Below are positions 10,051-20,600 of a DNA stretch of 64,000 nucleotides, piece after piece. Within the stretch, counting starts at the first letter, position 1. Every line of letters begins with the position of its first letter. The stretch covers positions 1,856,001-1,920,000 of the forward strand of contig OY970323.1 in assembly GCA_963716985.1 (NCBI GenBank), in the 5' to 3' direction. The position numbers and the translations under genes are program-made. Under the pieces are notes generated by a model. That model saw nothing but the letters and a program-made list of their open reading frames with translations, was not told where the DNA came from and made no database searches. The stretch is from an uncultured bacterium (GTDB taxonomy: Bacteria; Chlamydiota; Chlamydiia; Chlamydiales; SM23-39).

Positions 10051-13000
10051 ATGAAGAAAGGAAAAAAAGTTTTTTTAGCGTTTATTTTGCCGGTTATTTT
10101 TTGTCTGTTTCCCTTTTTGTGCCACTCCGCAGACGAACATCCTCTGCAAACCCTTTTACATCCCCCAGCACTCGCGAAACAGCAAACCTACACCATCAAT
10201 TTCAAAAACGTTTTGATGGTAGAATACGTTCGCTTCATCAGCAAAATCTGCAGCGTCAACTTTCTTTTCGATGAAGGGGATTTGCAATTCCCCGTCACGA
10301 TCGTTTCCGAAGAGCCGATCACGGCCTCCCGCATTCTCTCAACGCTCATTCAGGTTCTCAGAATCCACGGCCTTTCTCTTCTCGAAGAAAAAAACAACCT
10401 CGTCATTCATAAAAATAACGAGGTCAAGGGAGCAGCTCCGCTTGCTCAAGAAGATCAGCCGATGGACCCATCTTTGCCGATCGTCACACGTATTTTTAGA
10501 ATACAGAACGCAAAGCCCGATTCGATCGCAAATCTCGTCCGGCCCATGCTCTCGACCGCCGCGCTTCTAGAGGTCTCTCAAGAGACCAAACAACTCTTGA
10601 TCAGCGATATTCCCGATAACATTGACAAGATCGCTGCAATCATCCACATGATCGATGCGCCCCATAGCATCTATCAGATCGAAACCTACCTAGCCAAGCA
10701 GAGCGATCCTGAAAGCCTCATCAATCTCACGCGCCAGCTGATGGCGCCGATGATCGAGCAGACCCCCTTTCTTCTCATACCGCAGCCCCCCTCTTCCGCC
10801 ATCTACATCGTATCCACGCCGCTTCTGATTGAAAAAGCTCTCGCCATCTTGAACAATCTGGACAATGCTTCCAAGACAAAGTCGAAACTTCCTCTAAAAA
10901 ATGAAAATCTCTTCATCTACAAAATTCAATTCCGATCGGCCAAAGAAGTGGAAGGAACGCTGAGCAGCATTGCAAAAAATTTGGCTGATAACGGCTACGG
11001 CGACTCCGATCTCGTGGACACCATTGCCACTTCCAAGTACATCAAGGAGACCCATTCGCTTCTCTTCATCGGCAATCCTCCTACGATCGCAAAAATCCAA
11101 GAAATACTCACCTCGATCGACAGCCTGTCTAAAGAAGCCCTGCAAGTCGAAGGGTCGACCTTCTTTACTTATAGGCCAATGCACCAAAGGGTAAACGTCG
11201 TCCAAACCGCCCTAAAGGAGATTGCAGAAAATCTCAAAGGATCCTCGATTGCCGATAAAAACCTGCTCTCCTCTCTCAACGAGGCCAAGCTTGTCCAATC
11301 CACCGGCTCCATTCTTTTCAGCGGCGATAAGCAGACGATTGCAAAAATCAAAGAACTGCTCTCCAATATCGATCTGGAGGTACCTCTGGCCGTGCAGCAA
11401 CTGGGGCAGTCCACCTTCTATATCTACAAGATCCAAAACGCTCCGCATCCCGAGATCATCACGGCCCTCAAAACCATGGGGGAAAACCTGAAAAAATCGG
11501 GCATCGAAAACCCCTATCTCTTCGACGCCATTCATAGCGTAAAGTACATACCGGAGACCAACTCTCTGCTCTTTGTCGGAGACTCTGCAACCTTAAAAGA
11601 TCTGCAAGGAATGCTTCCCTCTTTCGACGTCGATCTCTCCACTCACAAAGTGCAACAGGACAAACGCCCCTCAAGCGATCAGTTTTTGGTCTTTAAACCG
11701 CAAAGTGCTTATGGAGAAAACCTCTATCTATCGATGCACGATATTGCAAAGAATCTCGAAGAGGCCCATCTCACGGACCCCTCCTTTTTGCAAACCATTC
11801 ATAGCATCAAATGGGTCTCCTCTGCCAATGCTTTGATTTTTACCGGAGATGACGGCTCTTTAAAACGCGTCGAGTCTCTTTTGAAAGCCATGGACGTCCC
11901 CAAAGAGCCCAGTTTCTTCCTCTACCATCCCGAAAATGCTACAAAAGCCGCGATTGAGCATTACTTCCAAAATGTAGCGGACCATTTGAACAAAACGGAC
12001 CCTTCTGAACAGGAGCTCATCTCCTGTTTGAATAACGTGAAGTGGATCGAAGATTCGCAGTCTTTCCTCTTTTCAGGGCCGCAAGATTGCCTCACAAGGG
12101 TGAAAGGAATACTGCAAGAATTTGATAGCTCCGCGAAAAAAACAGCCACCGAAAAGGGCGCTTATTTTCTCTATAAGCTGCAAAATATTTCCGGAGACAT
12201 CATCGAAGAAGATCTGGATAAATTCGTCTCCAAACTCAAAATGCAAAGAATCGAAAATCCCGCTCTGGTAAGCGTCGTTGAAAACATCAAATGGGTCAAA
12301 GAGACCAACGCCCTTCTTCTCGCAGGCGATCAAAAAGCGATCGAAGAGGTCAAACAGCTCATCGCGCAATATGACGTCCCTAGAAAAGATATCGTCTCCC
12401 ATACCAAATTCTTCATGTATGAGCCCAAATACGTTCCCGCATCCACCATTGAAAGCTCTCTCAAAGACATCGCATTAAATTTACAAAAAGCAAACCTCGC
12501 GGACCCCGATCTTTTAGCGTCCATTCATAGCATCAAGCTTGTGGAGTCCACCAACTCCATTGTTTTCACGGGGACAGATGCCACTTTGAACCGCATTCAG
12601 GAGCTTCTCAAAACCATCGATATCCCTAAGGCAGCTCCCGGAGGAAAAACCACCCTCTGGGTGTATAAGATCAAAAGCGCCCCCCCCCAACAAATCATTA
12701 CGGCGCTCTCCTCGATTGCTTTCGATCTCAAGAAATCGGGAACGGCAGACAAAGAGTTTCTCGATGCATTAATGAGCCCCAAATATGACGCCCTCACCCA
12801 ATCGCTTCTCTTTACGGGAACAATAGAGGCCCTAGAAAAGGTAAAGCCTCTCGTCGACCAGTTTGACACTCCTGCCGGAGAAGAAGTGGCAAAGCCCTCC
12901 TCTTTCTTCGTCTACAAACCCCAATTCCTGACGGGGCCCGCCCTGGAAAGCATCCTCAAAGATTTTGCCGCCAATTTGCAAACTTCCGGTTTTTCCAACC

Positions 13001-14379
13001 GCGTTCTTTTCAATACCATCCAAACCGTCAAATGGGACGACACCACCAAATCCCTCATCTTTACCGGGGATGAAAAATCCATTGCGGAGATCAAAAGTCT
13101 GCTCGCTACCTTTGACGTTTCCTCTCAAGGAGTCGGCTCTCCCGTCGAATCGATTGAAGCCATTGAGAATACAAGCTTTCTCGTCTACAAGCTTCAGTAT
13201 CACAAGGGCGATGAGATTCAAGGGGCTCTGCACCAGATTGCCGCCGATCTGATTAAGTCCAACGCGAACGTAAAGGAAAGTCTCTTAAATTCGATCAACT
13301 CCATTCAGTGGATCCAGGTGACCAACTCCCTTCTTTGTTCCGGAGATCAGGAGACGATGACGCGGCTCAAAGAGCTCATCAAGAACCTCGACGTTCCTTT
13401 AAAACAGGTCTTTGTCGAGATGCTGATCATTGAGACCACACTGACCAACGTAATGGATTTTGGCCTCGACTGGGGAAGTCATCTCCAATATAAAAATAAA
13501 TTCGGCGGAAGCATCTCCAACCTTCCGGTTCCACCTAGCGGTACGTCACAACCCACCGCCGGATTTCCGCAAAGTCTTAATAATTTAAACACCAGTACTC
13601 TCCCCAATGCAAATACCAATTTGCCCTTTCAACAAGGATTTGATTTAGGGATCATTGGAGATATCATCATGCACAAGGGAAAGTCCTTTCTTTCCTTGGG
13701 ATCGCTCGTGAATGCTCTGCAGCAAGATTCCGAGACCAGCATTGTCATGACTCCCAAAATCTTAACGCAGGATAGTAAGACATCCACCATCTTCATCGGA
13801 AGAAATATTCCCTTCGTAGGATCTGCCATTAATACAACTGGCGCTTCTACCTCACAAGCTGCCAACATCGAATATCGCGATATTGGCATGAACCTCTCCC
13901 TGACTCCCTTCCTTGGAAATACCGAGGTGGTCACTCTGACCATCGTCATGGAAAATTCGACCGCTCCCGCGAGCGCTTCAGGAAGCACGATTAGCTTTAC
14001 TACGAATACCGTTACGGGAATTACCACCACCAAAACATCGATGAATACTACAGTCCATATTCCCAACCGCCACTTTCTGATCTTAAGCGGCATGATTCTC
14101 GAATCCAAAACCAGATCTAAAACGGGTATTCCCTGCCTCGGAGGGCTTCCCTGGCTGGGCGTTGCTTTTTCCGATACGCAGAAAAACCAGAGCCGCGACA
14201 ACCTGGTCATCTTCATCCGTCCCCATATCATTAATTCTTTCCAAGATATGTCGACTTTGACAGAAAACCAGGAAGATTCTTTTAGAGACCATACGGGCAC
14301 ATCCGGACTGCAAAGAGATTATGATGAATCGATCGATTCCTTTAACGGTTATGAAGAGGAAGAAGAGGAAGCCAAGTAG
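10051..14379 (+). CDS. cdsC: Outer membrane secretin CdsC/SctC with expanded N-domain repeats
   Basis: Signal peptide, N0 (INFKNV..EYVRFISKI), about 12 N3-like repeats, secretin domain (LDVPLKQVFVE..GIPCLGGLP..LVIFIRPHII). Confidence 0.93.
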   Translation: MKKGKKVFLAFILPVIFCLFPFLCHSADEHPLQTLLHPPALAKQQTYTINFKNVLMVEYVRFISKICSVNFLFDEGDLQFPVTIVSEEPITASRILSTLIQVLRIHGLSLLEEKNNLVIHKNNEVKGAAPLAQEDQPMDPSLPIVTRIFRIQNAKPDSIANLVRPMLSTAALLEVSQETKQLLISDIPDNIDKIAAIIHMIDAPHSIYQIETYLAKQSDPESLINLTRQLMAPMIEQTPFLLIPQPPSSAIYIVSTPLLIEKALAILNNLDNASKTKSKLPLKNENLFIYKIQFRSAKEVEGTLSSIAKNLADNGYGDSDLVDTIATSKYIKETHSLLFIGNPPTIAKIQEILTSIDSLSKEALQVEGSTFFTYRPMHQRVNVVQTALKEIAENLKGSSIADKNLLSSLNEAKLVQSTGSILFSGDKQTIAKIKELLSNIDLEVPLAVQQLGQSTFYIYKIQNAPHPEIITALKTMGENLKKSGIENPYLFDAIHSVKYIPETNSLLFVGDSATLKDLQGMLPSFDVDLSTHKVQQDKRPSSDQFLVFKPQSAYGENLYLSMHDIAKNLEEAHLTDPSFLQTIHSIKWVSSANALIFTGDDGSLKRVESLLKAMDVPKEPSFFLYHPENATKAAIEHYFQNVADHLNKTDPSEQELISCLNNVKWIEDSQSFLFSGPQDCLTRVKGILQEFDSSAKKTATEKGAYFLYKLQNISGDIIEEDLDKFVSKLKMQRIENPALVSVVENIKWVKETNALLLAGDQKAIEEVKQLIAQYDVPRKDIVSHTKFFMYEPKYVPASTIESSLKDIALNLQKANLADPDLLASIHSIKLVESTNSIVFTGTDATLNRIQELLKTIDIPKAAPGGKTTLWVYKIKSAPPQQIITALSSIAFDLKKSGTADKEFLDALMSPKYDALTQSLLFTGTIEALEKVKPLVDQFDTPAGEEVAKPSSFFVYKPQFLTGPALESILKDFAANLQTSGFSNRVLFNTIQTVKWDDTTKSLIFTGDEKSIAEIKSLLATFDVSSQGVGSPVESIEAIENTSFLVYKLQYHKGDEIQGALHQIAADLIKSNANVKESLLNSINSIQWIQVTNSLLCSGDQETMTRLKELIKNLDVPLKQVFVEMLIIETTLTNVMDFGLDWGSHLQYKNKFGGSISNLPVPPSGTSQPTAGFPQSLNNLNTSTLPNANTNLPFQQGFDLGIIGDIIMHKGKSFLSLGSLVNALQQDSETSIVMTPKILTQDSKTSTIFIGRNIPFVGSAINTTGASTSQAANIEYRDIGMNLSLTPFLGNTEVVTLTIVMENSTAPASASGSTISFTTNTVTGITTTKTSMNTTVHIPNRHFLILSGMILESKTRSKTGIPCLGGLPWLGVAFSDTQKNQSRDNLVIFIRPHIINSFQDMSTLTENQEDSFRDHTGTSGLQRDYDESIDSFNGYEEEEEEAK

Positions 14380-15298
14380 TTTTTTCTGTCTTCTCTTGCT
14401 CCTTTTCTCTACATTTGGCTGTTCGAAAACCGTCACGCAGATCCATCCAAAGGTGGAGTGCCAAGTGCAAGACCGCGCGCTCACCTCTCTGCCCTCTGCC
14501 TTCCCTCCTCTCTTACCTTACGAAGAAAATGAGGATTGGGGAAAAGAGTTGCGCATCTCCCAGCACTTTTTCCACGATCTGGACCTCTATCGCGCCATTT
14601 CTACTCTGAAAAGAGCATCCATCCTTCTTCCTCCCGCAAATATCGCCCGAAGGGCCGAAATCGACTATAACATCCTCTACTGCTACTACCTGGGGAAAAA
14701 ATATCAAGACCTCGTCGACGAATTTGATCGAAGCTCGCTCAGAAGAAGCGATGCAACCTTTCCCGCCTTTCGCGAGCTTCTCATCATGCTCTATGACTCC
14801 TATCGCATCCTTCGCAAAGAGACGGAAAAAGAGCAGATTTTGCAACTCATTCAAACCCACTTTCCCGAGCTCTCTGTGAAGATGGCCGCCGCGTCAGCTC
14901 TTTTAGAAGGAGATCTTGATTTCATAAAAAAAAAGCCTGCATTGGCCCCCTTTTTTTCTCGCTATGAGCGGGAAAAAAAATCTGCGCAAAAAGCACAACT
15001 TCTAAACGCCCTTCTTCCTGGAAGCGGGTATTATTATTTAGGACTCAAGAGAACAGCCGTGACCGCCCTTTTGATGAATGGTCTTTTTATTGCAGCTACC
15101 TATGAGTTTTTTCATCGAGGATACATAGCTGCCGGCATCATTACGGCCTCCTTTGAAGCCGGCTGGTATTTTGGAGGCATTTATGGATCGGCGGAAGAGG
15201 CCAAGTTCTACAATGAACGCATCTTTGAAAAAAATGCGACTCCCTATATGAGCCAAGAAAAGCTCTTTCCCCTTTTGATGCTGCGCTATGGCTTTTAG
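14351..15298 (+). CDS. Putative lipoprotein with TPR-like helices and C-terminal TM segment
   Basis: Lipobox-like LLLFSTFGC; LLPGSGYYYLG motif. Confidence 0.7.
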   Translation: MKRKKRKPSSFFCLLLLLFSTFGCSKTVTQIHPKVECQVQDRALTSLPSAFPPLLPYEENEDWGKELRISQHFFHDLDLYRAISTLKRASILLPPANIARRAEIDYNILYCYYLGKKYQDLVDEFDRSSLRRSDATFPAFRELLIMLYDSYRILRKETEKEQILQLIQTHFPELSVKMAAASALLEGDLDFIKKKPALAPFFSRYEREKKSAQKAQLLNALLPGSGYYYLGLKRTAVTALLMNGLFIAATYEFFHRGYIAAGIITASFEAGWYFGGIYGSAEEAKFYNERIFEKNATPYMSQEKLFPLLMLRYGF

Positions 15299-15686
15299 GA
15301 TTCTTTTTTTTCTTTTTCTCCCTCTTTTTCTTCACGCATCTGCCGGCTATTTCGAGCCTTGGGGAAAAGATCACGATATCGGAGAGATAAAAACGGAAAA
15401 AAAAGGCCCATCCTCTCTTCTGACAAATGTGTTCGATCAGATCATCCTCTTCCACCAAAAGGTCATCTCTCCCATCGACGGACCGCGCAGCCATTTTCGT
15501 CCGACAAGTTCTAGATACATGCAGCTTGCGATGAAACGCTATGGATTTTTGAAGGGATATTTCATGGGATTCGATCGCCTTCTTCGAGAAAATGAGGAGA
15601 AGTGGATCTATCAGAACATCCTTGTCGATGATGTTCTCTATAAGTATGACCCGGCGAGAATCGACAAACGGACGCCGCCGCAATAG
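15288..15686 (+). CDS. yidD: Membrane protein insertion efficiency factor YidD-like
   Basis: QKVISP..FRPTSSRYM..A..YG..KG..DRLLR motif. Confidence 0.75.
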   Translation: MAFRILFFLFLPLFLHASAGYFEPWGKDHDIGEIKTEKKGPSSLLTNVFDQIILFHQKVISPIDGPRSHFRPTSSRYMQLAMKRYGFLKGYFMGFDRLLRENEEKWIYQNILVDDVLYKYDPARIDKRTPPQ

Positions 15687-15783
15687 GAAGAAAATCCCCA
15701 TATTGCAGAGGAAAAAAAGTTTTTTTATAAACCCAAAGTTTCCAAAATTCTTCGTTTTCCGGTAGAATCGCCTGTTCTTTCTT

Positions 15784-16776
15784 TTGAAAATCCCTTCACA
15801 AGAAATGACCTTTCTTCTATTTACCAAGTTTGAGGTTGTTGTGGATCATAGATCATCTCTTCTGCTGGGAATCGGGCTGACCCTCCTTGCGAATTTATTC
15901 TTTTCCTTATCTTCCGCATGTGTGCAAGCGCTTCCGGAGCATTTTCCCGCCATTGAAATTGTCTTTTTTCAAAACATCATCTGTCTCTTCGTGACGATTC
16001 CCTATTGCATCAGGAAAAACACCCTAAGCTTCCGCACATCCAACCTCCGTTTCCACCTCATCCGCGACCTTACTGGTGTTTTGAGCTTTTTGACCCTCTT
16101 TTGGGCGATCCAAAAGATCGGGCTTGTCAGCGCAATGACCCTTTCCTATATGACTCCCTTTTACGTTCCTTTCGTGTGCAAGCTCTGGTCCAAGGAGCCC
16201 ATTGAAAAAGATGTCTGGTGGATGGTCGTTATCGGTTTTATCGGCATTATGATCATCTTGAAACCGAAAAATATTTTTTATTTAGGATCTTTGATTGCCA
16301 TTCTCTCTGCCATACTCTCTGCATTTGCCGTTGTGGCCCTCAAAAATCTCAATCAAAGAGGAGAGTCTCTGTCAAAAACACTTCTTTATTTCTTTACCAT
16401 CGGCTCGATCCTTTCCTTGGCACTCAGTCTTCCGCATTGGCAAACCCCCTCTTTTTATCAGCTCTTCTTGCTGCTCTCTCTCGGCTCCTTTTCCATATGC
16501 GCCCAAATCTTTTTGACCGTTGCCTATCGTTATGGGACCGCCTCTTTTCTGTCCCCCCTCTCCTATTCCGCAATCATCTTTACCTCTCTCATCGGCTGGA
16601 TCCTATTCCGCGTACCGCAGCACTGGTCCGTCTGGATCGGAATGCTTGTCATTATTTTCGGAGGCACTCTCTCCTTCATCCTTCGCATGCGTCCGAAAAA
16701 AGTCGAAGAGATCTTCGAGCGCCAAAATCACATCAAAAAAGGCTGGGCCTTCTGGAGAAAATTTCCAAGAGAATAG
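15784..16776 (+). CDS. DMT/EamA family transporter
   Basis: About 10 TM helices, two EamA-like halves; true start may be GTG 15841. Confidence 0.88.
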   Translation: MKIPSQEMTFLLFTKFEVVVDHRSSLLLGIGLTLLANLFFSLSSACVQALPEHFPAIEIVFFQNIICLFVTIPYCIRKNTLSFRTSNLRFHLIRDLTGVLSFLTLFWAIQKIGLVSAMTLSYMTPFYVPFVCKLWSKEPIEKDVWWMVVIGFIGIMIILKPKNIFYLGSLIAILSAILSAFAVVALKNLNQRGESLSKTLLYFFTIGSILSLALSLPHWQTPSFYQLFLLLSLGSFSICAQIFLTVAYRYGTASFLSPLSYSAIIFTSLIGWILFRVPQHWSVWIGMLVIIFGGTLSFILRMRPKKVEEIFERQNHIKKGWAFWRKFPRE

Positions 16777-17197
16777 TCTTTCTCCTCTAAAAAACCCAAG
16801 AAAGTCGAGAGCGCATCGTTCATTCCAGACGATTCCTTGACGCCCCAAAAAATGCAGCCTATCCCCAAAGCAGCAGTTGTTCTAGAAATCGCAACAATAT
16901 TTTGCTACTCTTTTCTCCATACAAAGGGAGCTCTATGACAAAACGCTTTAAGTTGCACCTTAGCGCTAGTGCATTAAGCGTCCTGTCATTAATGAGTTAT
17001 GCACACCAGCTCATCGCTTCAGATAGAACAAATCAATCCACGGAAAATACATCCTCCAATGATGTTACCATTCGCTCGTACGAGCTGGGCTCTCGCGAGT
17101 ATATCGCAAAAACGCCGCGCGAGATCAGCGAAAACTTTAAAGCCTGGATCGATACAACTCTCAGTTTTTTACCCTCTGATGCCCGTATTATTGAAAT

Positions 17198-18889
17198 GAG
17201 TGTGTTCGATTTGACTTCTATCCCCATTCCGTTATCCATCATAGGGGAAATTTCTCCTTTCTTATAAAAAATATTTTACTTTAAAGCTAAAATTTTGCAT
17301 AACATTTGCGTAACTTGCATATGTTATGGAGATTTTTTCCTGGAACTGCATCATATTGAGACCAAAATTGGATCTTCTGGTAACTTGTTGTGCGTTTTGA
17401 AAAAACATTTGAGCACAATCAGAGAGGATTCCTTGCATAAGACCGAGAACACCATTTATGCAACAATATTAGAAATGGGTAAAAAGATCTTACAGGAGCA
17501 TTTAGATTCCCTCCAGGACACACCAAATGACTGTGCGTATAACACCCAAGGAGCACAACTTCCATTTAAAGCGGAATCAGAAAGAGAGTATTTGTCAATT
17601 TTTGGCCCTGTTAAGATCAAACGCGCTTATTATTGGAAAAAAGGACATGGAGAAGGACTGTGTCCTTTGGATCATCAGCTGAATCTGCCGGAAGGAAAGT
17701 TTTCTTACGCTTTACAAGACATGACCCTTAAGCTGATCGCTTCTCAGCCGTATCGCGAAGCTTTATCCACAATCGACAAAATTTTCGGAATCTGTCTATG
17801 GCCAGAAGCAATCCAGTCTATGGTTATGAGAGCAGCAGCTTATGTTCATAGCTTCTATAAAGGAATCAAAAAATTTGAAGATACAGAAGGTTCGGTTATA
17901 GCAGTGACAATGGATTGCAAAGGCATTCCCATGGTTCCGGAAGAAAGATCTCCTAATAAAGAACCAAAACAGAAAAAAGTACGCAGAGAAAAGGGCGATA
18001 AAAGGAAAGGGCTACGAAGAGATGCAGTGGTGACTTCTCATTTTACATTTCACCCCGAATCTCGTACGCCCCAGGAGATGCAAAAAAGCCTTATGCATTG
18101 GCATACAGATCGAGAACAAGCGGAGTATGCCGATCACAAGAAAGAAAGACGGGAAGCAGGAAAATTGGAACCAAGAGAGCCTATCAATAAAGAAGTTCAT
18201 GCTGTGATGGATGGCAAAGAAAAAGCCTTTGAAAGACTTGCCGATCAGATATTACACAGAAATCCCGCGCAGGATAAAAAAATGATCGTGTTGATCGATG
18301 GAGCCTCGGCACTTGAGAATCGCTTTAAAGAAGAGATAACAAAAAGAAAATGGAAGCATCGCGTTGATGCTTATATTTTAGATATTTTTCATGCTACTGA
18401 GTATTTGTGGGAAAGCGGAACCGCCTTATATGGGGAGAAAGATCAAAGAAGACAGCAATGGGTTGCTGACAAGCTGCTTGCGATTTTAGAGGGAAAAGTT
18501 GGGTATGTCGTAGGAGCCATGAGACAAATTCTTAAGAAAAACAAGCGTGGTCTGAAAGAGAGCCAGAAGTCGATGCTGCAAAAAGTGATCACATATTTAA
18601 GCAATCACAAGCACATGATGAAATATGACGAGTACTTAAAAAAGGGATATCCGATCGGCACAGGTGTTGTTGAGGGCGCTTGTGGCAGTCTCGTAAAAAA
18701 TAGAACCGATCGTTCTGGCATGAAGTGGACGCATGAAGGAGTACAGGCGATTCTAAATTTACGTGCGGTTAATCAGAACGGGGATTGGGATAAATATTTT
18801 GAATATTATATCGAGATGGAGCGGCAAAGATTATACCGAACCGTCAATGCATCATAAATTCGGTTTTTGAAGTCAAATCGAACACACTC
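17198..18889 (+). mobile_element. ISKra4-family (IS256/Mutator-like) insertion sequence, 1692 bp
   Basis: Perfect 21-bp TIR GAGTGTGTTCGATTTGACTTC; 9-bp TSD TATTGAAAT at 17189-17197 and 18890-18898. Confidence 0.93.
17295..18857 (+). CDS. ISKra4-family DDE transposase
   Basis: DCKGIPM, IDGA, DIFH, PIGTGVVEGAC motifs; start uncertain. Confidence 0.88.
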   Translation: MHNICVTCICYGDFFLELHHIETKIGSSGNLLCVLKKHLSTIREDSLHKTENTIYATILEMGKKILQEHLDSLQDTPNDCAYNTQGAQLPFKAESEREYLSIFGPVKIKRAYYWKKGHGEGLCPLDHQLNLPEGKFSYALQDMTLKLIASQPYREALSTIDKIFGICLWPEAIQSMVMRAAAYVHSFYKGIKKFEDTEGSVIAVTMDCKGIPMVPEERSPNKEPKQKKVRREKGDKRKGLRRDAVVTSHFTFHPESRTPQEMQKSLMHWHTDREQAEYADHKKERREAGKLEPREPINKEVHAVMDGKEKAFERLADQILHRNPAQDKKMIVLIDGASALENRFKEEITKRKWKHRVDAYILDIFHATEYLWESGTALYGEKDQRRQQWVADKLLAILEGKVGYVVGAMRQILKKNKRGLKESQKSMLQKVITYLSNHKHMMKYDEYLKKGYPIGTGVVEGACGSLVKNRTDRSGMKWTHEGVQAILNLRAVNQNGDWDKYFEYYIEMERQRLYRTVNAS

Positions 18890-19453
18890 TATTGAAATAG
18901 GATCTGCCTTTGGAAGAGATGCTCGGTATATAGAATCTTTTGGGTTCACAGTGGAGCGTACGGATGCGGCAGACGGATTTGTTACGCTTTTGCAAGAGAG
19001 TGGATACTCTGCTCGCAGGTTCAATATTTTGACGGATGATTTTCATTCCACTTACGACCTCGTTTTCGCAAATTGTGTCTTTTTGCATTTTTCCCCCCAA
19101 GAATTGAAAAAAGTGCTTAATAAAATCCAAACATGTTTGAAGGATAAGGGAATTCTCTCTTTCTCTCTTAAGAAAGGGGAAGGAGAGGAATGGACAACTG
19201 TTAAGATTGGACAGCCTCGCTATTTTTGCTACTGGAACCTGGATGCAATACAACAACTACTGGAATCAACCGGTTTTGTGATCGTTACAAGCGCAGAGGA
19301 TGATCAATTCTTGCGGATCATCGCGAGAACAAAGAAGTGAGGTCGATTATTTGGACTGCCATCAAAGTGAATTCCCAATTTTTGCATGTGATTTTTCTCC
19401 TCTATTTTTTAAGATAAAGCGCAAAAAACAGAACAAATGGTTTAAATACCTCC

Positions 19454-20326
19454 ATGCAAATCAGACGTGCCGCTCTACTTTTTCTCTTTTTGATGTTTTT
19501 CTTATTTGAGATCCATTCTGCGGAAAGCAATCCTCCTCTTTGCGAGAAGGGAAATTTTGCCCTTCCTCCCGCGCAGCAACCGGGGCCCCTGGTCGGGTTT
19601 GGAGAAAACATCCTCGAGAAGAACCAGGTGCAGCTCTTCTTGTTTGGGGATGATTTCGTCGGAAGGGAAAAGTATTTCATCGATATCGTCCCGGGAATTC
19701 TCTATGGCATTACCAATAACTTTTCAGTTTTTTTCAATGTTCCACTAGCCGCTCGCTATAAAGTAGACGGTTCTCACTCCTCTGGGCTGGAAGACCTTTT
19801 TCTGCAGTTCGAATATGCTCTTTATACGAGAAGATCCGCCTCTTCTTCCGATCAAGTGACCTTGGTTGCCAACCTTTCATTCCCCACAGGGTCAAGCCAT
19901 AAGATTCCTCCGACAGGATTCGGGTCGGTCAGTTATTTCCTCGGGGCAACCTATAATCGCACATGGGCCAACTGGTTTTGGTTTACCTCCTATGGAGCTG
20001 AGCTAACCGGATCGCATCATGGAACCCAATTAGGCGATCAGTTTTTCTACCAAGCAGGTTTTGGAAGAAACATCACAAACGCAAAAGGATGGATCTTCGC
20101 CTGGATGGCTGAGATTGACGGCATTTTTTTTAAACGCGATAAGATCCATGGGACCTCTAATCCCAATTCCGGAGGCAATGTCATTTATCTAACACCTTCT
20201 CTATGGGCCTCTTCAAAAGACTGGATTTTTCAGCTCGGCCTCGGATATGCGGTGCAGCAAAATTTATTTGGCAATCAAAAACGCGCAGAGTATCTGCTTG
20301 CTTTGAACATCGGCAAAACATTCTGA
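19454..20326 (+). CDS. Putative outer-membrane beta-barrel / transporter-family protein
   Basis: Signal peptide, amphipathic strands, LSFPTG and NSGG motifs, C-terminal Phe. Confidence 0.7.
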   Translation: MQIRRAALLFLFLMFFLFEIHSAESNPPLCEKGNFALPPAQQPGPLVGFGENILEKNQVQLFLFGDDFVGREKYFIDIVPGILYGITNNFSVFFNVPLAARYKVDGSHSSGLEDLFLQFEYALYTRRSASSSDQVTLVANLSFPTGSSHKIPPTGFGSVSYFLGATYNRTWANWFWFTSYGAELTGSHHGTQLGDQFFYQAGFGRNITNAKGWIFAWMAEIDGIFFKRDKIHGTSNPNSGGNVIYLTPSLWASSKDWIFQLGLGYAVQQNLFGNQKRAEYLLALNIGKTF

Positions 20327-20600
20327 TCGAACATTTGCGCGCTTTGTCACATCTTCAAAATATGTTAAAGTATTCCGGGCAGGCATGCTGCAGTGTGCGC
20401 TGCCTATCAGAAGATAATATTCTGGATCGGCGAAGATCAACGCGCAGGCAATCTCTTTTTTTCTATAATTAAGATCATATCCAGTTAAATCATTGATGTG
20501 GTTTCTAACTGCGATCTGCTGCCAAAGATCCCATAGAATAGTTTTTGATCGGTTCGACAGATTTAGAAAGTGATATGGAATTCCTAGGCATGAGGGACTC

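Larger units (their letters stand above)
16935..19340 (+). pseudogene. Class I SAM-dependent methyltransferase interrupted by an IS
   Basis: Removing the IS and one TSD joins ..ARIIE|IGSAFGRDA.. in frame (motif I), giving 234 aa; also YDLVFANCVFLH. Confidence 0.9.

Noticed and set aside
20330..20600. Possible ncRNA or att site (GGCAG..CTGCC hairpin near 20378-20404)
   Set aside because: Only one modest hairpin; no tRNA fragment or matching direct repeat found at the other side of the island.
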